A stretch of 64,000 bases of DNA, from NCBI GenBank assembly GCA_976226885.1, contig OZ320317.1:77996001-78060000 (forward strand), given 5' to 3'. Source of the DNA: Iphione sp. A-MEVVRFRX5 (taxonomy: Eukaryota). The translations under genes and the position numbers were made by a program. The notes beneath the pieces were generated by a model. That model made no database searches and was not told where the DNA came from. It saw only the letters and a list, made by a program, of their open reading frames with translations. Numbering within the stretch: position 1 is the first letter of the stretch; every line of letters starts with the position of its first letter. Positions 14,701 to 26,700 of this stretch are shown here, piece after piece.

Positions 14701-17700
14701 GTAGAATCTCCCTATTTTAAAGAATGATAAAGATATTAATTTAGAACCGGTTAAAATGTCATTAGACCCACGTCAAAACGTATAATCATGTAATAATACC
14801 ACTCTGGAATTTTGCCTTTAATGTGAAAATATCTTATAATTCATAAATGTATTCAATCACCTTCAGGAATAAAATACTACAGTGGTGAAACCCCATTATC
14901 AGTATTTATGCTGATGAGCGAAGTTGAAAAACTATTGGTTATGTATGAGGACTTCTTCTCTTACAGTTTTATGGCAGTGCGAGATTAAGACAAGTATTAT
15001 TTTATGTTTTGCACTTAATGTAAGGAAAATATATACCAGACATGGAAGATGATGAGGTGTGTTTTTTCTCAAATGCACGTATCAAAACTATGCTTTACCT
15101 GCTGTTGTCATCTTTGCCACACCTAAAAGGTTCAATCAAAGACATCTTTCTTATTTTGTTCATATGGTTTTCTTAAATATAAAATTCTGTTCACATTGTT
15201 GATGGCAATACTGAGCAAGTTATTTAAACAATACCATTGTGAGACTGCATGTATACTTTGCACTTAATATAAGCAAATATACCAGAAGTGGAAGGTGGTT
15301 AAGCGTGTTAGTTCAAATACATGAGTTGAGATTATAGTTTACCTGCTGTTGTCATCTCTGCCAAACCTGAAAGTTTGAATTGAAGGCATTTTTCTAATTA
15401 ATTATTATGGTTTACTTACATTTAAAATAGGATTCATCTTGCTGATGGCAAAAGTACTGCATAAATAAATCATTGCCTGAAAATAGTTTCATGGCGGAAA
15501 TATTGTCATATTAGGCCAGATGTGTATTCCTACACCTCCTTTTTGGACGCAAATGCCCATATGCACTAAACCAGAAATTGCAAACGTAAACATTTATACC
15601 AGCTTGGTTGCATATTTTCTATAACGTATCTTCTAAACAGATGGATTAAAATCCCTCAGAAAGATATTACTTCAGCTAAATTATGATCAACAACCTTGTA
15701 ATTTTGAGTAGATTTTGGTACAGCAGATACTCGCCAATGTCTACCAAAGTGTAACTGTCCCGTTTCTAAATGAAAAAATCAAATAAAGGCAGCCAGTTCA
15801 AGTGCTGAAGGTGCTTGTATAAATAATACCAGTGTTAGACCTACATAAGTATTTATTTACATTTTTCACTTAGGGTAGGCAAATATATGAGAAATATAAG
15901 GTCATAATTAAGTGTGTTAGTTCAAATATGTTGATTGAGATTATGCTTTACTTGCTCCTGTCATCTCTGCCAAATCTGAAAGGTTCAACTCAGGGCATCT
16001 TTCCTATTTTGTTCACATGGGTCACCTATATTTAAATCAAGACTCACCCTGCTGATGGCAATGATACCACAGTATTTTCAAACAGCATGATTGTGAAAAG
16101 CATTTACGTTACTTACATTATGTAGGCAAATATACCAGAAATGAATGTTGGTTTAAAATTGTTCGGTTGAATACATGCATTGAGATTACCCTTTACCTGT
16201 TGTTGTTGTCTCAGCTGAATCTTGGAGGTCTTTAAAAATAAGACAAAAAAGTCTTTTTCATTATAGGGAGATGGATGTAACATCATTCAAGTGCTGAAGG
16301 TGCTTGTATAAATAATACCAGTGTTAGACCTACATAACTATCTATTTACACTTTGCACTTAAGCTAGGCAAACATATCAGAAGCATAAGGTCCTTAAGTG
16401 TGTTAGTTCAAATTTGTCAATTGAAATTATGCTTTACCTGCTGCTGTCATCTCTGCCGAATCTGAAAGGTTCAATTCAGGGCATCTTTCCTATTTTGTTC
16501 ACATGGGTCAACTATATTTAAAACAGGATTCCACCTTGCTGATGGCAATGATACCACAGGATATTCAAACAACATGACTGTGAAAAGTATTTAAATTACT
16601 TATTTTATGCAGGCAAATATACCAGAAATGAATGTTGGTTTAAAATTGTTTGGTTGAATACATGCATTGAGATTAAGCTTACCTGCTGTTGTTGTCTCAG
16701 CTGAATCTGGGAGGTCTTTAAAAACAAGAGAAAAATGTCTTTTTCATTATAGGGAGATGGATGTAACATCATTCCCCATCTCTAATTACAGTTATCTATG
16801 CTTTCATAGTCTTCTGTAAATGTCTGGTAGATCATTCTGAACAGAATAATTGATACTGTGAGACCTGTAATAGAAAACTTACCCAGCGGAAAACCTTACT
16901 AGGAAGGTAACTTTAAAAGTCAGGGCAAGGTTGGCTGGTCCCAACATTAAACACTGCATGAAAAAATTGCAACTCTGTTAACAAGGAAAAGCTAAGCTAC
17001 GGGCAGAATTGACTAGTCCCTCCGATGGCCGCACCCCAGGTTTTCCCTTGTAGTACGATCCCATAGAATCGTTCTATAATAATTATCAATAATTATAATA
17101 ATCATTGTAAAAATTATGATAATTATAATTATTATAATTATTATAATAATTCTATTATAATTCACTGCATCGATGTATTGGATGTAAGACATGTCAGCGT
17201 ACCCATAATCCCACAGGAAGGATCGGCGTTGATGACCCTGAAGACGCTGTAACCCAGTGAGTCTGTCGTCACGTTGACGTCACATCTGCTCGTGCAGTTG
17301 AGCACCTCACAAGTGCCGCCGTGGAAGTTAAATGCATTACCACAGATGTCTCGTGTCCTGTTGGCGCATGCGTCTATGTTGTGATTTCCGTAGATTATCT
17401 CCAGTATAGGGCATTGAGAGCGAACACCGTCCCGCACTGTGTACAAACGCTGGTAGTTCTCCGCCTTGAACGCTGGAAGGACAGACGTTTATGTCTGGTG
17501 TCAGTTGATATGCGGAGATGCTCACAACTGTCTGTGGTAGAAGGTAGACTTCCTGCAAGAACTCTAATCCTGGTGAGAGGACGTCCAGGCACCCTATATA
17601 GCGAGACATTTATTACTTGCTTTCCAATGGACGCGTACTAGGTCTGAATCTTTCTGAAAAAAAACATTTCTGAATCTTTTAGAAAAAGAAAACATATCAT

Positions 17701-20700
17701 ACAACAAAGCCCATTTGGATATTGAGTCTTGGTTGTACGTGTTTTTCTCTTGAATGGCTGCTTACCGGTATCGATGAGCCGGTGGATATCTAGGCCGGGG
17801 TCGGGAGCAGTCTGGTGCAAGTGGAGGTCCATACCGTAACATCGGCGACCCGTGCAAGCCTTGGAGGTTTGGCTGTAAGTCAGATAGTTTCCGCCCGCCT
17901 CCCACGTGAGCATCTTGCAGGTGCCCAGACTGGCATTGGTGGCCAGGAGCTGCTCACACGCCATATCTAAACCTTCAGAGGCTGAGACGATTAGCTCTAG
18001 GTCTGCCTCTGCGTCCTCTGCGGTAAGGATATGTTATGACCTCCATCAGCCATAAAGGATTAACCATTAAGGAATTCTATTTGTCAGCTTGGAGAACTGC
18101 ATTAACTATGTTCTTCCATGTTAACGGTAAAGAAGTATATCAGTCGATGGAAAATGATAGAACTACTATACAAATATATGAAGGTGTAACACTGGGAAGG
18201 GTCATTATAATTATGGCTGATAAAATCATTTTGGTATCCATCAAGAATGTATCTTCATCATACATTTTTCTCTTCATGGATGAGGTTCACTGCTCATGAT
18301 TATCGTGTTCTTCAGATCCGTCAAAGAAAACTACACCACCCATCAAGGACAAAATGCACAGCATTCTTCTTCAGGTGACACATACATCATGGACATGTCA
18401 TGGATATATTTATAAGGTATATGTCAAACATCTAACAGATGCAAAAAAGCGTACATAGACCGAGGCCCGTAATGCATATCGCATCCCTTACACATTGATT
18501 GTAAACCTTCAGGTTACTGGGTATTGAGTCGAGGAGTTTGTCCCCTCTAATAGTGATTATCTCCAGAACCAAGTATTTGTTTGCACATTACACATTAATA
18601 GCGCCACCAGAACGAACATATGACATGGCTGAGCGAAGTTGAAACCCACAGTTAACACTAAATATAAATTGTAAAATATACGAGAGCCACGATGTGCTAT
18701 CGAAGTGGTTAGCCATCTATCTGAAATGAATTGCCAAACTTTTCTGGCCTTTACCCTCAGGAACCGAACGTATTTTTTCCAGCCCATATCAGGGGCCCTT
18801 TTGAGCTTCCCATTACTTACCATAAGTAAACTCGTAGTTGTTACCTGAGCTAAATAGCCATACTTTTCTGGTCTTTTCATTAGAAATAACCCATGCCGGT
18901 ATCATTCTCAGAGAGCGAACTCATTTTCCCAGGCCATAACAGGCGCCCTTTTGAGATTCCCACCACTTACCATAAGTAAACTCACAATTGTAGCCGGTTG
19001 TCCAAGGATAACAAGAACAGTGATGGATATAAGTACTGCTCCAGCATGTTCCACCATTCATGCAGGGATTGCTCATGCAGTTATCTGGACCAACAAAAAG
19101 GGAATACTTGATGGAAACAGCATCAATACAGAAAAAGGACAATTTGTGATTGTTGCGCCGGGTTCTAATGTCTTCCACACAAAGAAACATGGAGACAGGC
19201 AAGTGATAGAGACATGAACAAGAATTCTACCAAAGCTTTCTAACCTTACAAAACAGGTAATTGAGGAACAATGTGGTTCTGCAGCGCCAGCCATATATTC
19301 CCCTGCTATAACAATGAATACGCCTAGTGTGGTATGCATACATCTTTAACTATGCCCAGTTTTGCCTTTCATATCAATATAACTCCGAAGCTACAGTACA
19401 CCTTCATAAATTGATTCTTATCATTTTCCTTGTCCGGCAGAAATAAGGTTTTAAACATTCCCTGCTAAAAAGGGTCATCTACTTCCTGTAAACAACATGC
19501 TAACATGGAACAAGTGACGGATGATGTTTTTGCAATATATACTTTGAATAGTGTTCTACCTTTTTCACTAAAGAGCTTTCACCACGTGGGAGACTTTGAC
19601 AAATACACATATTATTATTACTTACTGGGGTAATACTCTCACCTTCCTGAGCCCTGAAGTCACAGACCGTCAAGGACCCTTTGTCCCTCATCATGATGCC
19701 CACATAGCGCCCGGACAATCCGCTGGGGACACACTTGTAAATTCTCTTAGAGGAGGTAAACTGATCGGCGTAGTTACACGTCACGTGACTGTACCACAAT
19801 GCCTCTGGCTTGAAAATGTCCTCGTTATTGGACAGCCCAACGTCGATCTTTGCCATGCTACTGACAGCTTTTGCAACAGAAAAATCGGTGCCGTTGTAAG
19901 AAAGCATAAAACAGTGGTGTTGAGCGTGAGATGCATATTTGAATCTTGAGTTTAGATTTTTGTATTACTTTCATTTTTTCCCTAACGTTCTGGTAGGCAA
20001 TAATGACATATACCTCCGGTGCATATATAGTTGGACTCTGATTTCTCTTCCCCCTTAAACCTCGCAGTAACTATGCAAAGAATGACTAAAAGTGGCATTT
20101 AAATGTACTGAAAGAGATCATGATGCATTTAAGAGTCTATTTCACTGCTTACTATAATTCAAACACTTACATGACCTATAATTTATACAATCCAAAATTT
20201 CAAAATTCTGCAAAATGGCAAAGGGATTCCCTCTACGTAAATTGTATGATAAAACTTTAGTACAAAAGTATAGTCCTACATCCTTGCTGCCACTGCCCAC
20301 TAAAATAATAGAAAAGGTTGACATTTAGAAACATACAAACACAACACAGTGAGTAGAGCTTTGAGTTGGTTTTAATATCCCAACATTTTGAACAATGTAG
20401 AGTTCTTATTCAGCAGTTAAATTATCTGATTAGCTAACTGCAAATGAATATTGTACTGTGTCTTAGTATAGAGGAGCACTGGCATATAGTAGATTTGAAC
20501 AAATGACAAAATAATGAGTCTGGTTCACTCCAAATGCACGAAAATAGTTGTGCATGGGTGATCTCTCTCAAGAGTGCGAAGGGGTCTGTTTATTCAGAAA
20601 AACACATTTACTTATATACTCCATGGTCACATAACAGTTGCTAAAATTAGATACAATGTCTAAACATATGTCTAAACTGGAAGAGATTGCATAATCATTA

Positions 20701-23700
20701 CATAACTTGTGCCAAATTTAACTACTAACTCCTGTTGTGCCATAGGTATATATGTCGCAGTTACCCATCTACCTTTCTACATCCTACATTCTCAACCAGA
20801 TCGCTTGACGCAGATCGCCCCAGTTTTATCTGAGCCAGAGTGTTCCCCTATCCATATACATGCACATATTACAATATGATTGAATGTCTGGTTAATAAAC
20901 TCCTTTTTCAGAGATCCATCTCTGAAATATGTTGTAACATGAGCCTGGTCCTGAAGGGTGATGGTTACCTACATTGACAAAGTCCACAATGAAATATCTG
21001 GCTCACTCCAAGTGCAGAACTCTGCTGACTATAACTCTCTCAAAATGTAGTGAGAGAATGTCTGTTTATTCAGTAAAAGTATAGCCTTTACATACCACAT
21101 AGGTCACACAATAGAACTATTCTCAGAGAAAGTTGCATAAGACAACCAATATTGTTGTTCATTGTTGGCATCTGTCTGTCTCAAGAGACAATGGGGGATT
21201 TGCACCTTGGCTTGTCTGTATGGCAGCACCTGCTGTTGCTGTACAGGCCTATTTTTAAATGGCATAGTTTCTTACAGTTACTGCAGGCAAAGCCTGCAAC
21301 TGTCTCTGTCACCATTGATTGCACTCTCTGTTTTCTGTGATCTCTCTTTACTTTCTAGTTATCTTCTCACTGAGCTCAACATGGGCCTTAACAGCATGTC
21401 TCCAAGCATTACAATCAAGAGCTGTAGTTTTGAGGTCAGCCAGGTGGATGTTGCCGGCCTTCAGGTAATGCTTGCAGACATCCTTGAATTGCAGGGCTAG
21501 CCTGCTGGTGGGCCTTCAGCCATGGACGAGCTCACTATATAGGGTGTCCTTGGGGATCTGGCCATCTTGCATGGATATGACATGACCAAGCCAGCGAAGA
21601 CATCTCTGTGAGAGAAGGGCAAACATGCTGGGCATTTTTGCTTTTGTAAGAATGTCCTTGTTTGGGATATGTCCTGCCAGGTGATATCCAAAGTCCTCTT
21701 CAGATAGCACAGATGAAACGCATTGAGTCTACACTCTTGGTGAGAGTATAAAGACCATGATTCACTGCCATAGAGCAAAGTGCTCAAACTGCAGGCCTGA
21801 TATACTTTCATTTTTGTATTCATGGTCAGCATAGATTTGTTCTAGACTCTCTTTGTCAGGCAGGCCATTGCTGTTGCTGCCTTGCCAATCCAAATATTCA
21901 GCTCAGGGTCCAGGGAGAGTTTGCTGGAGATGGTGGAACCAAGGTAGGTGAAGTCCTCTACCTCCTAAAGGAAGTGTACTTCGATGGATATGCATGGGGT
22001 ACTGCTGATATCTTGACCCAAGATGTTGATCTTCTTGATGCTAATGGGTAGGCCAAACTCACCACTTGCATGTTAGGCAGAGTCATTGAAGTGTGCCCTC
22101 AGTGTGTGTACCCAAGGCAGCATCATCTGCAAACAGCATTTCCCTCAGAAGGACCCTGTGCACTTTGGTCTTTACACAGAGTGAGCAAGGTTGAAAAAGC
22201 TTCCATCACTTCTTGTGTGGATGTAGATGCCATCCTCAGACTAGTTGAAGGCATACTGCAGCAGAAGACAGGAGAAGATACCAAAGAGTGTTGGAGAAAG
22301 GACACATCCTTGTTTCACACCATTATGGATTGGGAAGAGTTCTAAAAATGATATGTTGTACCGGACAGCACCTCTCGTGACTTCATGGAAGGAAATAATC
22401 ATTTTTAGGAGCTTGTGGGGACATCCTATCCAGTGCAGTAAGGTGAAGAGGCCACTCCTGCTGACCATGTCAAAGTGAATGAAGTCTGTTCAGGACTACA
22501 TGGACAAAGACCTTGTCAACAATGCTGAGAAGAGAAATCCCATGGTAGTTGTTTCAATTACTGTGGTCTCCTTTGTTCTTATATAGTGCTGTGATGTTTG
22601 CATCTCACATGTCCTGTGGGACTGTTCCTCCATCACAATACTGTAATAAGAGCTCATAGAGGTGGCTGAGGAGCTCAGGTTTATTCACAGCTTTGATGAC
22701 CTTGGATGGAATGCTATCACTTCCTGGTGCTTTACCACAGGCTAGGGTATCAATTGCCTTTGTGAGTTCTTGTATGGAGGGTGATTTTTCAAGTTCTTCC
22801 ATGGTTGGTAGGGGTTGGATATGCTCGACTGCTGAGTTAGTGACAACCTTTCTCATGAGTACAGCTGCTGGTAGTGTTCTGCCCATCTCTCCATCTGCCT
22901 GCTACAGTCTGTTATGATTTCCCTAGAGACAGACATTAGAGGTGCAATCTTTGTGACACTTGGGACAAAGGCCTTTTTCATGCCCTCATACATGGCATGC
23001 ATATTCTCACAATCAGCAGATAGCTGGATGTTCTGGCACAGGTTCAGCCAGGTACATTTCATAGTGATCCTCTGGATGTTGTTTCTGGCCATCCTTAGTG
23101 TTGTTAGTGTTTTCTTTGAAGGTACCCTCTTATAGCCTAATTGTGCTGTGCATTTTGCTGCAAAGGCTGGCTTGAGTTTTGTGATCCCTGCCTTGAACCA
23201 ATCTGAGTTCCTCCTCTCCTTCTTGCCAAAGATGTCTATGACAGAGTAATAGATAGCCTCACAGATGTGTCCCCTTGAGGGCCTTTTGGATGGACTTTGC
23301 AATGGTTGCTTGGAGACTTGGTTCAGAGACTATGGCAATGTTGATACATGGCTGCCCTTTATGATTGGAGGTGTGGATCTGCTTTGGTCATAGGTACACT
23401 TTTGCCTGAACCAGTGAGTGATCAGTGTCACAGTTGGAGCTGTGGTAGCTGTGGGTTATGCATATGCAACTCAGTGAACTTCTAGTGATAATGCAGTTCA
23501 GCTAGTGCCAGTGGAGGGATCTGGGGTGATGCCAGGACACTCTATGGATGGGCTCTGTCTGCAAGAAAGTGTTTGTGATGCACAGATCATGATATAGAGG
23601 AAAGTCAAAATCCAAACACTAGAAAACCAAATTTTCTGAATTCCAAACGATTTTTCTTGGGATGGACCATTTTCTGTATTTAGTTACTCATATATCCGAA

Positions 23701-26700
23701 ATATTCACTTTCTGAATCTGAACGGTGTTATTTAGTATCAAGACATTAAAATAATACTCAAAAACTGAATGCTCATCGAAGCATTTGCACCTCCAGGAGT
23801 TGGCTGGTGTTCACTGTTCTCTCACCAGTTAGGTATGAATCAAAGGGTTTAGCTACTCATTGCATTTTTGCGCCTCCTCCAGGTGTTGGCCCCCAATCGC
23901 CACTCTCTCACCAGTTCACTATAAATCAAAGGGTTAAGCTACTCATTGAATGTTTTGCACCTCCTCCAGGTGTCCACTACTGATTTTCAGATGAATTTGA
24001 CTAAGTTTTGCCGATTTTTGGATCAATTTGGCTGAGTTGCACCAATTTGCAGACGAATTTGGCTGTATTTCACCAATTTTTGGACAAATTTGCTTGAGTT
24101 TCACCAATTTTTGGATGAATTTGGCTAAATTTGGCCGATTTTTTGACGGATTTGGCTGAGTTTTGCAACTATTCAAAATCCAAAATATCCGAAATCCATA
24201 CGTTTTTGTCTGAAACAGTCTGTGTTTGGATTTGAATATCCACTGTATGAGCATAGTTCCAGTAGTCTCTGTCCATTTTCATTCAGCTTGCCAGTCCCAA
24301 AGTGGCCAACATAGCAGGGTCAAGAGACATGGTCAGTTCCAATCTAGGCATTGAAGTCCCCAAGTAAGTGCAGACATTCTTTGGCTGGGATTTCCTTGAT
24401 AGCAGCTTCCAGTTCCTCATAACATTGGACCTTTGCCTCAGTGCTGGACCAGAGTGTAGGAGCATAGACATTCAGGATGTTCACATGGCCTGATGAGCTG
24501 GAGAGATGGAGGGAGATGATTCTTGCTGATCCTCAGGATGGTGGTTCAAATGCAGACAGCAAGGTATTCCTCACTGTGAATCTAACATCATGTATGCAGG
24601 GCTCCTGTGGCTCCTTTCCTAGCCAGTAGTATGTGTAGTCCTGTTCTCTGATGCTGCCCTTTGATGATAGCCTGTTCTCTTACAGAGTGGTGATGTTGAT
24701 GTTGAGCTTCTGGAGTATATTAATGATGATGCCTGTTTTCCTTGTATTGTCAACTTGTTGCAGGTCATCAGAGAGGCCAGGGCACTGGCAGTTTAGTTTG
24801 CTGTTTTGTTGTTTTGCCTGGTGCATGTGTTTTCAGTTTGCTCTTCAGTGTTTCCCTAATCCCAAAGCACCCATTGGAGCATGCAGACTGTTATGGGTCA
24901 GCACCTTACTGGCTGGGGGCTGCCCAGCTTGAAGTGGGTGATAGCTGACCAGTGGGACACAATGATCCCTCCCACCATTGGAGACAGCCCGTAGCATCCA
25001 AGCTCACACTAATATGCTCTAGACTTACAACTCCTAACTGCTGCCTCCCATGTTATTTCTGTCTTTATGGCAGTGGCACTGAAGTGACCTCCCTAGAGTG
25101 AAAAAAGCCTGGGTAGTGTGTATGGCAATCCTGGGGTGCCAAGCCATCAGGATCCCCCTATTGGCCTCACTGGTGAAGTCCAAAGGAGTGCAGAGCAATA
25201 CATTTGGCACCAGGTTGGCTGCAGGACTTGACAGAATGATGCTTGTGGACTGGCAGTCATCTGCCTACATAGCTCCACTCCTGATTTGAAGGGTTTACTC
25301 CCCTACACTTGGCCGTTGGATCAGTTGAAGATCTCCCCCGTTCTTTAGCTGTTGGCTGCAAAAGCGGCTCCTTCACCTAGTGGTGCTTGGAGCCAGCACA
25401 TGAGAGATTTAGGAGATGGATGAAGACAACTAATAACACTCAGATAAATATAGCAGCTCCTTAGTCTCTGATTGGCTTAATGGAGTGGATACCGGAGTAC
25501 CTTAACAGAACAATCATATGACCTGCTCTGGTGCATATCAGGGTGCTCAAATATGCATTACCAATTGTCTTGAACTGATAGTCCAGGGTCACGACCCCTA
25601 GCGGGATAGGACCTATCTCTACTGCACTGTGATAAATGGTTGTTAAAAACGTCCATTTCTAGAAATAGGAAGAAAGAAAATCTGAAACATTGGCTTTGCA
25701 CTGAGCCTATAGCGTAATAGTAATGTGTTAGATAATTTCTGGTCAAAAAATTATCTGTGTAAGGGAGTATAACAACACTAACAGGCCCTCTGACTGCGGT
25801 CAAACTGGGATAGAGTAATGGGAAAGACAATTGTCAGAATATTAGGTAAATGTTAAATGTAAATCAGAATTATCACGTATGTATAGGTACAATTACATAA
25901 TCAGTTGGATATTGATATTTGGCTTAAAGATCACAGATCACAAGTCTTATGGCAGGTTCATACATATCAGTTATGCTTGGGGCTGATTAACCCCTGGCAT
26001 ATCATGTCGGCTTCCATTACATTCACTATATCTTAAATTTTTGAATAATTATCCAACGATCAGTGAGAACCATGCTAGGTGGAGATGCCCATGGTCCCCA
26101 CTACACTCAGGTCTGGATGGGAGTATTCTCTACCACCCTTCTGTCTTTGCTCTTGTGTTGTTCACCAATCCTGGGGTATTTAACCCTATCCTGGCAGTTG
26201 ATGCCCACAGGCACTCCCAGCCGAATGATGGGTGATGCCCACGGGCACTCCGGGCGAACATCAGGTGATGCCCATGGGCATCAAATGCACTATTTTATTT
26301 CACATAGTGATTTAATATAGAAATAATACTATGAATTTAATGATTTTTGGAGAGAATAAAGACAACATATTATGGGATAATTTAAAATTATAGGTGAGCA
26401 TTGATTTTTAGAATGAATGAATATTATGATGTACTTTCAAACGAAGTGCGCTTTCTGCAGTGTTCACATGGCACATCTTGGAATAGGCAGCTGACAACAT
26501 TGGCGCCCTGAGCTGAATGCATTCAATAAGGCTTCAAAATGGACTCAGATGATGGTTTTTCAACTGCCAACACTGATTGGGTGGAGGAATTAGATCTTGC
26601 TGCATTCAAGCTACTGAACAATGGAGATTCTGATGAAAGTGATCAACCAGAGACATTAGATGAAATGAACAATGAAAAGAATGACATGAACAACAATCCT

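Larger units (their letters stand above)
15000..16775. repeat. Diverged ~245-bp tandem repeat (6 units, interrupted ~15480-15790) with a ~490-bp higher-order duplication
   Basis: Anchor at 15099, 15343, 15952, 16197, 16438, 16683 (spacings 244, 609, 245, 241, 245); ttcaagtgctgaaggtgcttgtataaataataccagtgttagacctacataa recurs at ~15797 and ~16288. Confidence 0.9.

Noticed and set aside
15000-16775. CRISPR array or plain non-coding satellite
   Set aside because: Eukaryotic context, 245-bp units with homologous interiors and no cas genes; plain satellite does not explain six frame-preserving splice cassettes.
17337-17609. Apparent frameshift between overlapping ORFs 17337-17609 and 17162-17446, suggesting a pseudogene
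   Set aside because: A good acceptor (ctgtccttccag| at 17473-17474) starts a phase-1 exon in the PAN frame; the upstream ORF is intronic.
23943-24254. 103-aa minus-strand ORF
   Set aside because: By-product of the 31-bp tandem repeat inside the MITE.
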